NCBI GenBank assembly: GCA_027923505.1
Contig: BROI01000010.1
Coordinates: forward strand, 930,001-994,000
DNA: 64,000 nucleotides
From: Mayamaea pseudoterrestris
Lineage: Eukaryota
Reading direction: 5' to 3'
The position numbers and the translations under genes are program-made. The notes beneath the pieces were generated by a model. It did not search any database. It saw only the letters and a program-made list of their open reading frames with translations, and was not told the origin of the DNA. Below are positions 21,492 through 32,773 of this stretch, in pieces. How positions within the stretch are numbered: position 1 is the stretch's first letter; each line of letters opens with the position of its first letter.

Positions 21492-22689
21492 CTACACGCT
21501 TCCTGCAATCAGTGACTGCATGTAAAGCATTCCTCCGAGCGAAAGTAGCGACGTGACGCACGTTACCAGTACACTCGTCTCTTCAATGGCTTCCATGAGC
21601 AGCTCAAAAAATGCCACAAACGCCATGGCACCACCCGCAAAGCCCAGTCCAACGGGAAGTATTGGAATAAAATGATTCACAAACAAGTAGGCTGGAACAG
21701 CCATGAGTGGCTGGGGAAGACTAGTGGAAATGGCCCAGAGCGCCGCCGTCAGTACGGTTGCCCCTCGAGGCAGCATGACGACGGCAATGGCCAAGCCTTC
21801 CGGTACATTGTGCACGGCCAAGCTTGCCGAAATGAATACTCCAAGTTCGTTTCCACGGACGCCTCCAAAACTCACGCCAACGCCGACTCCTTCCGAAAAG
21901 GAGTGCAGTGTCATGACAAAGAAAATGAGCAAAGCTTTTCGAGCATCCGTCCCCCCAAGTCCACCAACTTTGAGGTCTTCGTATCGATCCAAGAATCGCT
22001 TCGTGACCAAGATGAATATTAATCCCAAGAATGCTCCTATTATTGTGCGAATATGCGCTCCAATCATGGCGGAACTGTCCGTGTCCGGATCAATGTACGT
22101 GCAACCTTCCGAGAAGAGCGAGTAGCTAGCTGCAATCATCATGCCAGCGGCAATGGCTGTATCCATGAGCGAAGAGAAAGAATAGCATGAGAATAAAGTA
22201 AATGACTTGCAGCCGCAGCAGTCGTAAAATCATTGAATGCTGCGTCTGCCAGGTTGATTCCTTTCAATTCGCACCCGAAGACGTACCATTCGAAATTCCA
22301 ACCCAGTAATCGGCAACATCCGGCAATAGAGCGAACGGCAAGACTCCTAAACCAGTGCTGAGAGCCGTAAGCCATCCGTAGAAGAATACGTGACGCACGC
22401 TCGTATGTGTTTGTTTTGCATGAGTACTGCTCAATGGATGCCAATGTCCCGGCCATGCGAGTATCGTCACGAGACAAAAGGACAAGAGAGTCGCCTTGAC
22501 CCAAGTAGGAGTCGTTCCCTTTGGCGCCGGAACATCTGCGGCTGCCTCTGGAATTGGATTATGGTGATGAAGATTGTGATTGTTGATACTGATGACACTA
22601 GACGACGGAGAGGTTCCGCTTGGAAGACTGCTGCTTCCGTTGAATTTCTGCCCGGAAGTCGACGGATTCTGACGTCGTGTGACTCCCAT
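21492..22689 (-). CDS. ZIP-family (GufA/ZupT/ZIP11-like) metal transporter; exons 22689-22287 and 22156-21492
   Basis: [53 protein letters not shown]; intron GTACGT..TACAG at 22286-22157 restores SN-AIAAG. Confidence 0.92.
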
Positions 22690-22967
22690 TATGGTGAATG
22701 AGTGGTTCAATTAATAAGCAAGACTCTGCAGGGAGTTAAAGAGGTCTGATTCGAATGGGTAGAACGACGCAGACGCGGGTGAAGTCGTCATGGCCGTCCA
22801 ACTCGTCGCGGCGAGGCGCGGCAGAATATGAGTCACTCCGGTACTCAGGGTGAGTGACTGACGTTTCCAGAATCGCGTGTGTGACTTGACAACCCATCCA
22901 TCACTCGAGTCGACCACAGTCATGCTACTTGTACACTACACACTACCTTAACCTTGCGCATCTAATC

Positions 22968-23557
22968 ATGAGTCGACTACTAGCAGCAGCTCCTATCGCA
23001 ATCCTTTGTTGCGCGCTCATCGTCATTTCGACGGTTGAAGCCTTTGCAATCACTACATCGCAGCGTCATGCAGCTTTTTCACACTCCTCCACTCGCTTAA
23101 ACATGGGCTGGATGGATGCCTTCAAGAATGATGACTCTCTTGGAAAGCCACAAAACGCTGGACTAACAAATGGGCCAACCTATAATGAGAATGTTTCGGT
23201 CAATGGCAAGACCGTTAATGGAGCAGTCGTTGGACAAAAGGTGCGCGACGTGACGCAACTTGGAATCAGTGACTCGTTTCGTTTTCCAAATTTCTCACTG
23301 GTACCTTCAATAGCTGACAGTCATTGCCGGCAAGGCAAGAGTCAAAATACCCGTCAATTGTCAGAAGGGAGATTGCGGAACGTGCGTTGTCAATTTGAAT
23401 GGAAGAAAAGTCAAAGGTGCGGACAGCAGTACACTAACTTATTCCGGAGTGGCCGTCTTCATTTTCACTCACGTCTGCATGATTCACATCCTTCCTCGTT
23501 ACTGCAGCTTGTCAGACGCCACTGCCAGCGGGAAAGGCTGCTATTCAAACGCTTTAA
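22968..23557 (+). CDS. Plastid-targeted small 2Fe-2S ferredoxin-like protein; exons 22968-23240, 23314-23416, 23508-23557
   Basis: Signal peptide plus EAF motif. The spliced product contains IPVNCQKGDCGTC..NGRKVKACQ (CX4CX2C..C). Two GT..AG introns; the Cys motif is not in the ORF track frame. Confidence 0.85.
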
Positions 23558-23686
23558 TAACAATCTGTAAATATCAACAACTAGAGTAGCTACAGGTATT
23601 GTTGAACGCACACCGACATCGTAAACTTTGCGTCATGCAGCGCAAGCACACCAAACAAACTATTGACAAAGCATCCAACGACAAGT

Positions 23687-26142
23687 TCATGCTAATTTGA
23701 CAATACAAAACTGATTGGCACCGCCAAAATCAAAAGTCACCTTTGTCGAGTTTTGGCAGTTTGAACTGATGATCGATTTGAGCTTGGCCAGATAGATTGC
23801 ATTCCCGACGCAAACCTTCTGTAGCCAACGCAGTTCACACTCGTCAAAGGGCAGCGGATCTAATGACTGGGTCATGCTTGAAAGATCGGTCAGTAATTGA
23901 TCGCAAGTTCTTTTGCAACTTTGAAAGCACTCGGTAGTCGTTCGCAACAGATCAGGTGCCGATATATTGGAAAAGTCGGATCCGGAAAGGAAATCGTCAT
24001 AGTCGAGAAACGGCGGTTGCTGGACGGAGCGGAACAATTCAAATCGCTCTTCAAACAATCTTCGCGGAGTTGTAAACTCGTAATGCACAGGTTGTAGGAT
24101 GCCGTTCTGCTGAAGCAAGGCGACGAATCGTTTCATGCCGCGACATAGGTCACGCTTGAGCGTCAAAAATAAAATTTCGCAGTCATTGACGCGCTCACCA
24201 GGTGCAGGCGTACAGTCTTTTGTCGTGGTAGCTGTCATTGCATTGTCAGTTGCTCCTTTCACCTTTACCTTGTGCTTCTTGCCGTTAACCTTGCCACTAG
24301 GTGACTTGAGTGCCTGCTGCAATTGCTTCCCTTCGTGCTGCATCAGGACTTGCGATTTGCTTCGTCGCATCGACAGTAGATTGTTAAGTAAGGCTGATAA
24401 AAGATAGTCGCGATACCAAAACGCAAATGCAACGTCCTGGTACCCCCAAAACAAGCCAATTTCAAGCCCAGACGATAAATGACGATCCATGAGGCGAAGC
24501 ACTATCGTCAAGACAAAGTGGCTAAAGTGCGGCGCCTCGACAGCATTGCTGTTGGAATAAGCCATTCCAGAATCCCGTCGGTAGTACATGTCTACCATGT
24601 GTGCGTCTGCTTGTAAGCCAAGCCAGTCTGGTATCGAAACTGCTTCAATGAACGCTCGCTGACGGCATCTATTCAGTAATTTTAACTTGAGCACATCATA
24701 GAATGGTTTCGCCAGCCGACCAAGAAAAAGTTTGCAGTGCTCGTGGTCAAAATACGTCTCTGGAATGAGCGTCCACTCTTGCATATAGTCAACCATTAGC
24801 ACTTTCAAGTCATGCTGCCCAAGCAACTTTTCACCAAAGAATAGGTTCGTGACAATGAGCGAGCGAACGTAAATGTTCACGCTGGATTGTTGTACTCGAT
24901 CCAGAGTGCGTTGTACCTTCGCCAACGAGTTTCCCTGACTCATGAGGTTGCACAATGCCCAATCTAGGTCTAGTATGATGGTCCGTAACCGACGCGATGC
25001 TTCCGACGGTGACCTAAAGTTTGGTTTCCGCACTGGCGCATTTCCAATTAACGGCCGATTAACAAAAGAGTCAAACGTTCGCAAAGCCAATATCTGCATG
25101 TCCTTGTGTCCCTCGTTCGTGTCGAATGGCTTGACGAGCGATTCCAACTGATTTAGTCGTTCCACTGTCGTTTGTAGCAGCGTTTGAATCCTGTTCAAAT
25201 CTGTCGCATGGTCCTCCTGCAACAATGATAGAATAGGCATGTAAGCGTGTCGCTACCAGTACAAACAATAGACGCGTTGAAGAAACATAATGAGCCCCAT
25301 ACCAGTGACTGGGCCGTAGATACAAAGGCCAAATAAACATTTAGCACCAAGTGTATGATTTTGCCGTGCTCCTTGTCGCCATCCAGCTCGTGTGAGTCTG
25401 CCAGCTGCAAGGCTGCCTTCAATAAATCTACGAGTGACTGCGTATCATTTGCCTTAAAGAATGAAAGATCGTAACTGTGTATTGAAAAATCTTCCTCCTC
25501 GTAAATGTCAGCATTGACAATGATTGTTCTGGTATCTTCCGTGACTTGTAGGAGGGCGCGAGCAAGCGTATAGACCATGAATTTGTGAATGGAGTTTGCC
25601 GTTGATTTCAGCGAGTGCTCGTCAAGTATCCGCTCTACCGGGAAATCATCATAACGGTACTCGTTCGTTGAATTCGGAAATAGCTCTCGTCGCATTTCGG
25701 CCAAGACAGGTTGATGCGCATACAAGCAAGTCGCCGAGCTTTCTCCGACGGAACTTCCCGCCAAAAACGCTTGGAAACGAATGAGAGTGTGAATAGCAAT
25801 ATAAGCGACGTCTTTAGTCGTCAAATCGTCCCATGGCAGCTTGTGAAACGAATCCGCCAAGCCCGTGGGTGCAGGTCGAGGAAAGATCGTCCTTTCATCT
25901 TCGCTTCCATTGGCAGGCAGCAAAGACGTCTCGCTATAATTTGTAAGTGGAATTTCACAGCAATCCATTTTTCTATCTGTCAATTGCAAGGCTGCCATGG
26001 CATCATGCAAGCTGAATAAATTCTTGTTGCATAGAAATGGCTCGGCCGATGTGAGCGAGGAGGCGCATTCTTTAAAAGCAATTGTAATGTCCTCCGATTC
26101 GTCGGCAACGGGACTCAGTCCATTTACGCCTGGTGAAGTCAT
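23687..26142 (-). CDS. NAA35: NatC auxiliary subunit NAA35/Mak10; exons 26142-25303 and 25216-23687
   Basis: DIT..F..C, FSLHDAMAALQLTDRKMD, IYEEEDF, NRCRQR, RFELFRSVQQPPFLDYDDF; phase-0 intron GTATGG..TGCAG at 25302-25217. Confidence 0.85.
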
Positions 26143-26461
26143 GGTTTAGTATTTATAAGTCTCTTACTCCTTTACAGCTACCGGTAGCTGCAGCATAGGA
26201 GTAGCAAGTAAGGTACTGCACTACTTCTTGTCCGACTCGTCGTGAACGAGACGAAGCTGTGGCGAGCGATGGACGTTTTACTGTCTGACCGGTACTACTG
26301 CGACACATCTTGTCCTTCGCACGCACCCGCACGTTTCGTGCAAAACATTCGAGCCGCAACCGTACATCATATTATCATACACGCTGTTCACCGCAACATT
26401 GATCATCATTTGCCGTCCATTCCTTGCAGCAGTTAAATATACTCCTTCTTTGAATAGATTC

Positions 26462-28780
26462 ATGCCAGAAAAAGTGATTGAATTGTCCGTGGAAGAAACC
26501 AATCGACTCCGCCTTTCGCTTGGACTACCGCCCCTCCGTTCCAACGACAGCAGCAGTAGCAGGAACAGCATACTCAGCAGCAGCAGTTGTAGTAATAATT
26601 ATAATCAAGCAACAGCTACAGCAGCAGTAACAGGAGCAGCATCCGTCAGCGGCGAAGCCGTTTTGTCGTTATCCGTTTCGGAAACGAACGCGCTCCGTGA
26701 AGCGATTGGTCTCAAACCTTTGAACGAAAGCGGGAATAGCAGCAGCAATAACATCGGTACAAAGACAGCATCTGAAATACATTCGCAAGCAATCGATAAG
26801 GAAGCGGAGGAACGTATTGATAAGGCAAAAACAGCCCGTCTCGTTAATCAAGGGATTGCCGACTTTGCCAAGAATTATTCCCAAAACGACGTTGCAGCGC
26901 ATGGCAAGGACGATGTACTTTCTTGGGCCAAGTCCATGCAAAGTAAGCCAATACAACATCAAGCAGACAATATAAAGGTATCGTCATCAAAAGGCAAGTC
27001 GAACAATACTGCTACTGCGTATCCTGAACATGATATAGCAGGGATGCGCGTGGCTCATGCTCCCAGCGAATTGGAGGAGGGTTCCACCACTGTCATGACT
27101 CTTGCGGATGCTTTCATTCTGCAAACAGACGACGTAAGCAACAAGATACTTGGCATAAACCAAGATGATCAAGCATTGGAAAACACTGACTTGGTGGATC
27201 AACGCAAACTTTGCGATGGATTAAAGGCAAAACGAAAGTTGGAGCTAGGCATGGGACGGGCTGGAGGATACGCGGGCTTCGACGATGATGAATTCCAAGA
27301 GCTTGGAGGAGCGCAGGCTCCGGCCAGGCATGCTCGTGATAATTATGGTGACGCAGCAATTGGCAAGACGAACAAACCTGGGGGGTTCCAGATTGGTGCC
27401 ATGCTTGTGGCAGCGCAGGAGGAGAATGAACGAAACGCGTCTGCGCGCCATCACGCGCCCACGTCGCTCGACACTCAAACCGACATGATAGCTTCTGACT
27501 TTATGACAGTCGAGGAGGAGGAACTGGAGCGAGCGTCGAGGAAGAGCACGAAACTACAAAAGTTTAAGAAGCACAAGGAACGGCACACCAAGAAGAACAA
27601 AAAGCGAAGCAACAAACGTCGCGATGACAGTGATGACGAAGGCGACAATCCGCTTCCTAACATATCGTCCAGCAAGTCATTGCTAGATGCATTGGAGGAG
27701 ACTTCTGCTGATTTATTGCCTGAAAGTAAAAGAAGACGACTGTCTGAGGGAGAAGAGCTTCCCGAGGCGTCGAGCCGTAATGTTAACTTTTCCGTCAATG
27801 GCAGGGCACGCTTCGATACAATCATGGCCAAGGCGAACGATCGCACCAAGACAGCATTTGCTCGTAAACCACAGCAATTACTTGCCGATGGATCGAACGA
27901 GGAACCGGATGACGAATTTCTGAATGCTGCCTTGGCAAAAGCACGACGACTGAATCGACTAAAAGAAATGACAGGACACACTCGCGGAGCAGATGCTGTC
28001 GTGGCTAGTTTACAAGCTAGCAACTCTGTTGCGAATGCGACTAATCCATCTGAGGTGATGTCGTCTGGTGCCATTTCTTTTTCGATTGACGAAACTCGCG
28101 AGTTTTCCAGGGCTCTGCAGGCGCGAGCGGAGCAGACGAATCGCCATCAATCCAGGAGTTTGATCGCCGATGGCGGCAACATATCTGCACCACTTACCGA
28201 AAATGACGACGCAGCGGCATTAACCCATTCTTTACAAGACGACGATGTTGATATGGCGGAACTTGCAAAGGAAATGGGTGATGACGTTTGCGATGACGCA
28301 GGTGACATTGGCTTGGACGGTGGAACCGTATCCTTTGGACGTGGGCTAGGCGGTGTCCTAGACTTGCTAAAACAGACTGGTGATTTGACGCGGCCTAACG
28401 CTAATCGTGAAGAATTGAGGGGAAGAGCAAAGGACAAAAAGACGTACGAGGACTACGAATCACTTGATTTGTCGCAAGTTGTCCGGATCGGCGACAATGC
28501 TACCAAGAGAGACCGCGAACTTGCTAAACGCGAAATCAAGCTTGAGTATCGTGACAAGAATGGACGATTATTGACGCGAAAGGAGGCGTTTCGAGAGCTT
28601 TGCTATCAGTTTCATGGGCATGGCAGCGGCAAGCGCAAGGAAGAGAAACGTAATGCCCAGATTGCTCGTGAGCAGGCTGAAGCGCGCGTCGCGTCTAATC
28701 ATTCGTCGAATGGTGTTTTTGGTGCGTTGAAGGCGGCCCAGAAGGCAACGGGCAAGGCCTTTGTAATTCACAAAACGTAA
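26462..28780 (+). CDS. SART1: U4/U6.U5 tri-snRNP-associated protein 1 (SART1/Snu66)
   Basis: HIND motif LSVEETNRLRLSLGLPPL, GMRVAH, VMTLAD..IL, ETREF, IKLEYRDKNGRLLTRKEAFRELCYQFHGHGSGKRKEEKR. Confidence 0.93.
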   Translation: MPEKVIELSVEETNRLRLSLGLPPLRSNDSSSSRNSILSSSSCSNNYNQATATAAVTGAASVSGEAVLSLSVSETNALREAIGLKPLNESGNSSSNNIGTKTASEIHSQAIDKEAEERIDKAKTARLVNQGIADFAKNYSQNDVAAHGKDDVLSWAKSMQSKPIQHQADNIKVSSSKGKSNNTATAYPEHDIAGMRVAHAPSELEEGSTTVMTLADAFILQTDDVSNKILGINQDDQALENTDLVDQRKLCDGLKAKRKLELGMGRAGGYAGFDDDEFQELGGAQAPARHARDNYGDAAIGKTNKPGGFQIGAMLVAAQEENERNASARHHAPTSLDTQTDMIASDFMTVEEEELERASRKSTKLQKFKKHKERHTKKNKKRSNKRRDDSDDEGDNPLPNISSSKSLLDALEETSADLLPESKRRRLSEGEELPEASSRNVNFSVNGRARFDTIMAKANDRTKTAFARKPQQLLADGSNEEPDDEFLNAALAKARRLNRLKEMTGHTRGADAVVASLQASNSVANATNPSEVMSSGAISFSIDETREFSRALQARAEQTNRHQSRSLIADGGNISAPLTENDDAAALTHSLQDDDVDMAELAKEMGDDVCDDAGDIGLDGGTVSFGRGLGGVLDLLKQTGDLTRPNANREELRGRAKDKKTYEDYESLDLSQVVRIGDNATKRDRELAKREIKLEYRDKNGRLLTRKEAFRELCYQFHGHGSGKRKEEKRNAQIAREQAEARVASNHSSNGVFGALKAAQKATGKAFVIHKT

Positions 28781-28959
28781 CTACCCCTACTAGTTTCGCA
28801 CATTAGCGCACCATGAGCCCTAGCTGTATAGTGTAAAGGTTTTGTGGCAAATATACAATTGCTGAAAATGGTGTAGAAAGTGATACAGGCAGTCGTGAAT
28901 ACAAAAAGATTCGTATATATAAATGGTGATAAAAACATGTAAATCCTACTTGTGTGCGT

Positions 28960-31527
28960 CTAACCCTGAAATCGCGACTGTCGCTCAAAAAGCATCGCTA
29001 CAATCCGCTTGATCTGACTCATCTCATTCGCAATCTCCATTTTTCGTTCAGCAAGATGCGACTTGAGGTGGACGAGCTGGGTGCGGTCGTGGGCGATTTC
29101 CTGTAAAAGGTCATCGCTCAACAAGCGCACTTCCTCTTGCAGCTGTTTGATTTGAGTCCGACGCATCTCATTGTCACGTTCGAGGTCCGACGAGTGCTTA
29201 AAGACTGCGCTCGTAAAGATGGCTTCTCGAACCTGGGGTGGCCACAACCAGCCAGCCGTTACAACACCTAGTAGCAACCATAAAGGAATGACGACAAAAG
29301 CGAGCACGCGTAAAACCATGTACAGCAAAAAATCGAGTGATGCCACATTGTCTTCTAATTCATCCACGAAGAGGTCCATCAGAATTTTCCACTGCTCCTT
29401 GCCAAACTGACAACGATCCACATAGTACTCATCTGCATCGTCAGCGCAAACATGTATGTTGGTAAGTCCCAACGACTTGCGCAGGCGCCCCTTCCACGGA
29501 CCGTTGGCAATGGCGTCCATTTCTGCAATGAAATCCAATCGATTTGTCCAAAATACAATGGCAGCGCGCTGGTCCTGGATCACCTTATACGAGTCGGCGA
29601 CAATCGCAATCAGCACATTGGCCAGGAGAATAACGACGAGGAACATGAAGATAACAAAAAAAGTGGTCGCAGTGCCGCTGGTCTTGAAGGTAACATCGGA
29701 TACTTCACCCAGCAGCATCGTGTAAACGTTCAAAAACGCATCCCAGAAATGGCAGTAGGAATGAATCTGGTTGACGTCGCAACGTTTGTCTTCAAGCATT
29801 ACATCCTCCGGCAGACTGTCATTCGGCTGGTCAATGCAATATTCCGTCTGCTGAAAGGCCGTGAAAAACATTTGCGCAAAGGCAATGAGTATTACACTCA
29901 ATGCCGTCAAGAATGCCGCAAGTCTCCGAAAAATCTCTGTTAATCCTCCGACAAACACAGCAAAATCAATCAGCATGTTTCGTAGGTAGGCCAAAAACTT
30001 AATCCATATGATGGTGACGCTGCATGTCGCCCCGATACGAAAGGGCTGCGCTTCCAAACCTCCTGTATTCATTTGCACGCTCCAAAACAGCATGAGCACC
30101 ACAAACACGACGTTGACGTAGTTGCTTGGATCGTACAGCCAGATGTGGAAACTTTTTAAAGATAAAAGCGACACAATTTGAACAACTTCGCGCAGAGCAA
30201 AATACCCCGCCACCAAATACAGCGGTACCAACCGAGACGTCGCAATAGCGTCATCGCTCGGGTCATTGTTGGACCGCTTGGAAATCGATTCGACAACATT
30301 TAGCGAATACGAGACAATCGCAATGGTGAGAATGTAAAAGTCCATCATGAGTACCGCCGTCGGGAAACGCTGGGAAATCTTTTCGTTGAGCAAGTGCTGG
30401 ACCACTGGCAAGACGACAGCCTTCTCCTGAAGCCATTCCGGCAAGGACTGGAGCGATGTCAAAAAGTCTGCCGTTGGTTCCGGATTGGCGTTGAGCAAAT
30501 GTTCCAAGCAGCGACGGACCGAGTCGCGCTTTTCCTCGCGATCCGCCTGTTCCGTCTTGATCGTGACAGCATACTCTAACAAGACGCGCAAAGGCAACGG
30601 TCCCTTATCAATAGAATTGACAATGCGTGGGTTTAAACCAAGCAGGAGGCGAACCGCCGACGGAACCGTCTTTCGACCTGCGTTGGAGAGTGCAAAGTGC
30701 AGAGGGGTCCTGTCGCGCTTGTCCTTCGATTCAATGGCTTCTGGAAACGCATCCGTCAACACATACAAGACTTCCTCCGATGCTCCAAACGCGCAAGCAT
30801 AATGCAGTGGAAGCATTCCGATCTCATCCGCGATTCGAGCAGCTCCTGTTGCGGAAAGGAGAAAGACAACGTCTGGTGTTGCCGGCTTGTCTCCCAAAGC
30901 GAAATGCAGCGGCGTTCGTCCACGTCGGTCAACTGCAACCTTGCTTTCCGGATACGCATCTACCAGCGCCTTGATGACTTCGGCGTCCGATCCCGACGCG
31001 CAAGCATAGTGAATGGGAAGCCATCCAAAGGTGTCGGTCAATCGAGCCGTATCCGCGGCAATTGACAAGAAGACATCAATTACATCCAACGGAGGAACGT
31101 TTCTGGCAGCAAAGTGAATAGCTGTCAGTCCCGATTCTCCACGCTGCTCGCATGCTGCGCGGACTTGACCGGCATCGTGGCATGACAGCCATTCGCGGAC
31201 GGGTTGCCATGAGAGTGCAGCTTCCTCTCGCGCTTCCTTGGTGTCACTCTTTGGTGCCTTGGCACGCGAGCAATAGAGATTGAGCAGCATGATGTCAGGA
31301 GTGTCATCGACACTTGTAGTCGCATCAAATTCGTTTCCAGCACTGGTGTTATTAGTTTCGGAGTATCGTACTCCTCCATGAAGGTCATCGAATGACTCGA
31401 GGGCGGATGCACTCATTTCAAAAATGTCGGAATGTCGACGCATCATGTCTCCTCTTGCTTCGTGCTGAACGACGGGATCGTTTTCTTGAGAAGGAGGAGG
31501 AGGAGAAGTTGCCTGGACGAATCGCAT
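28960..31527 (-). CDS. Ankyrin-repeat TRP-like cation channel
   Basis: About five ankyrin repeats (GLTAIHFA, GWLPIHYA, GRTPLHFA, GMLPLHYA, DRTPLHFA), six hydrophobic segments, pore YTMLLGE, S6 VVILLANVLIAIVADSY, C-terminal coiled coil. Confidence 0.85.
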   Translation of the reverse strand: MRFVQATSPPPPSQENDPVVQHEARGDMMRRHSDIFEMSASALESFDDLHGGVRYSETNNTSAGNEFDATTSVDDTPDIMLLNLYCSRAKAPKSDTKEAREEAALSWQPVREWLSCHDAGQVRAACEQRGESGLTAIHFAARNVPPLDVIDVFLSIAADTARLTDTFGWLPIHYACASGSDAEVIKALVDAYPESKVAVDRRGRTPLHFALGDKPATPDVVFLLSATGAARIADEIGMLPLHYACAFGASEEVLYVLTDAFPEAIESKDKRDRTPLHFALSNAGRKTVPSAVRLLLGLNPRIVNSIDKGPLPLRVLLEYAVTIKTEQADREEKRDSVRRCLEHLLNANPEPTADFLTSLQSLPEWLQEKAVVLPVVQHLLNEKISQRFPTAVLMMDFYILTIAIVSYSLNVVESISKRSNNDPSDDAIATSRLVPLYLVAGYFALREVVQIVSLLSLKSFHIWLYDPSNYVNVVFVVLMLFWSVQMNTGGLEAQPFRIGATCSVTIIWIKFLAYLRNMLIDFAVFVGGLTEIFRRLAAFLTALSVILIAFAQMFFTAFQQTEYCIDQPNDSLPEDVMLEDKRCDVNQIHSYCHFWDAFLNVYTMLLGEVSDVTFKTSGTATTFFVIFMFLVVILLANVLIAIVADSYKVIQDQRAAIVFWTNRLDFIAEMDAIANGPWKGRLRKSLGLTNIHVCADDADEYYVDRCQFGKEQWKILMDLFVDELEDNVASLDFLLYMVLRVLAFVVIPLWLLLGVVTAGWLWPPQVREAIFTSAVFKHSSDLERDNEMRRTQIKQLQEEVRLLSDDLLQEIAHDRTQLVHLKSHLAERKMEIANEMSQIKRIVAMLFERQSRFQG

Positions 31528-32773
31528 CGTTCGATCGACTATCGCAGGAGTGAGGGATCAATGGCTCAATGAAATGGAAGGTCATCATGGTCACCGTCTT
31601 GTTGCCTCGCATGATGACCCATCGAATCTTGAATGACCAACCACAATTTATTGAAAATGAAAACTACGTCATAAGGCAATAGTAAGAAACGTTTTGCAAT
31701 GAAAACTGCTTCTTGAGGCATAACTAAATACGATGCCAGAGAAAGTGGCACGACCCAAATGTCATCACGCCGCTAAAAAAATCGTCGACCTCTACGTATA
31801 TACAGTAAATACAAAAAATCGACTGCGAATTCGTTCAAAGTTATATACTGAGTCGTCGCCTCTCACTTGTGTGTAGTGTTGAACGATGCATGATGCATGA
31901 TGCATGACAAGCTGCGAATGAAAACTGAAATTGCGCGAGAGAAGAGCATCACAATCACCGCTCGCTCGCCCGCCCGACCAAAACAAACCGACCGATCAAC
32001 CGAGCGACCGACCAAGCAGCATGGGCAATCGACTTTGTATGGAATCGATAAATGAGCCAGCAAGAGGTCTCCAATTTAATGCCAGACAATATGAGATGAC
32101 GCAGCAGCCAACGAGCAAGATTGCGACAGCGACTCAAAGTGGACGACTATGAGCATAAACAAGCTGCACAATTCGCTGCGCTCGTCAACAGTTCATCACT
32201 GTTACGGCGTTGAACGATTTACTGCTCTTTCGAAAGAGGACTCACTAATTCCAGATGGCGCAAGTCGACTTCAATGCAACCAGTTAGCGATGTACGATGT
32301 ACCATCATCGTCAGCTTTGTTCGACGAGCGGTGGCCTGCTTGATTGATTGCTACTCTTGCGAGTTGGCTGTTGTGTCCTTGCCGAAACAATAAGGGAAGA
32401 CTACTGGTAGGTCAAGCAGTGGTTTGAGAGCACGCGGCCGTTGATTGATTCTTCGCTCTGACATTCACTTTGTGTTCAGCTGTAATGGCTAAAGCTGGTG
32501 ATGATGGATACGGTGTTCGGCAAAGTCGCAAAAAGCCTTGCTGCATGGCTCTACATGACATTTTCCCGCTTTGGCGGTTTAATTGAGCAATTTTGCACGA
32601 TCGAAGGCCACGGAATTACACATGCTCTGCGATAGTGGGATACTAGCACGAGGCAGAAACTTTGTGATTGAGCAACATAATATAAAGCTTGAATACAGAT
32701 GCAGTTGTGTTGCTAGTTCTCTCGCATGAGCTCGCCAATCCATCAAGTCTCTATTTCTAATTTACTGTAATCG

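Noticed and set aside
22929..23570. 213-aa unspliced ORF as listed in the track
   Set aside because: It reads through two introns; the spliced model gives a proper 2Fe-2S motif.
31885..32015. (TGCATGA)3 and GACC-rich short repeats upstream of the channel gene
   Set aside because: Too short and low-complexity to support a functional call.
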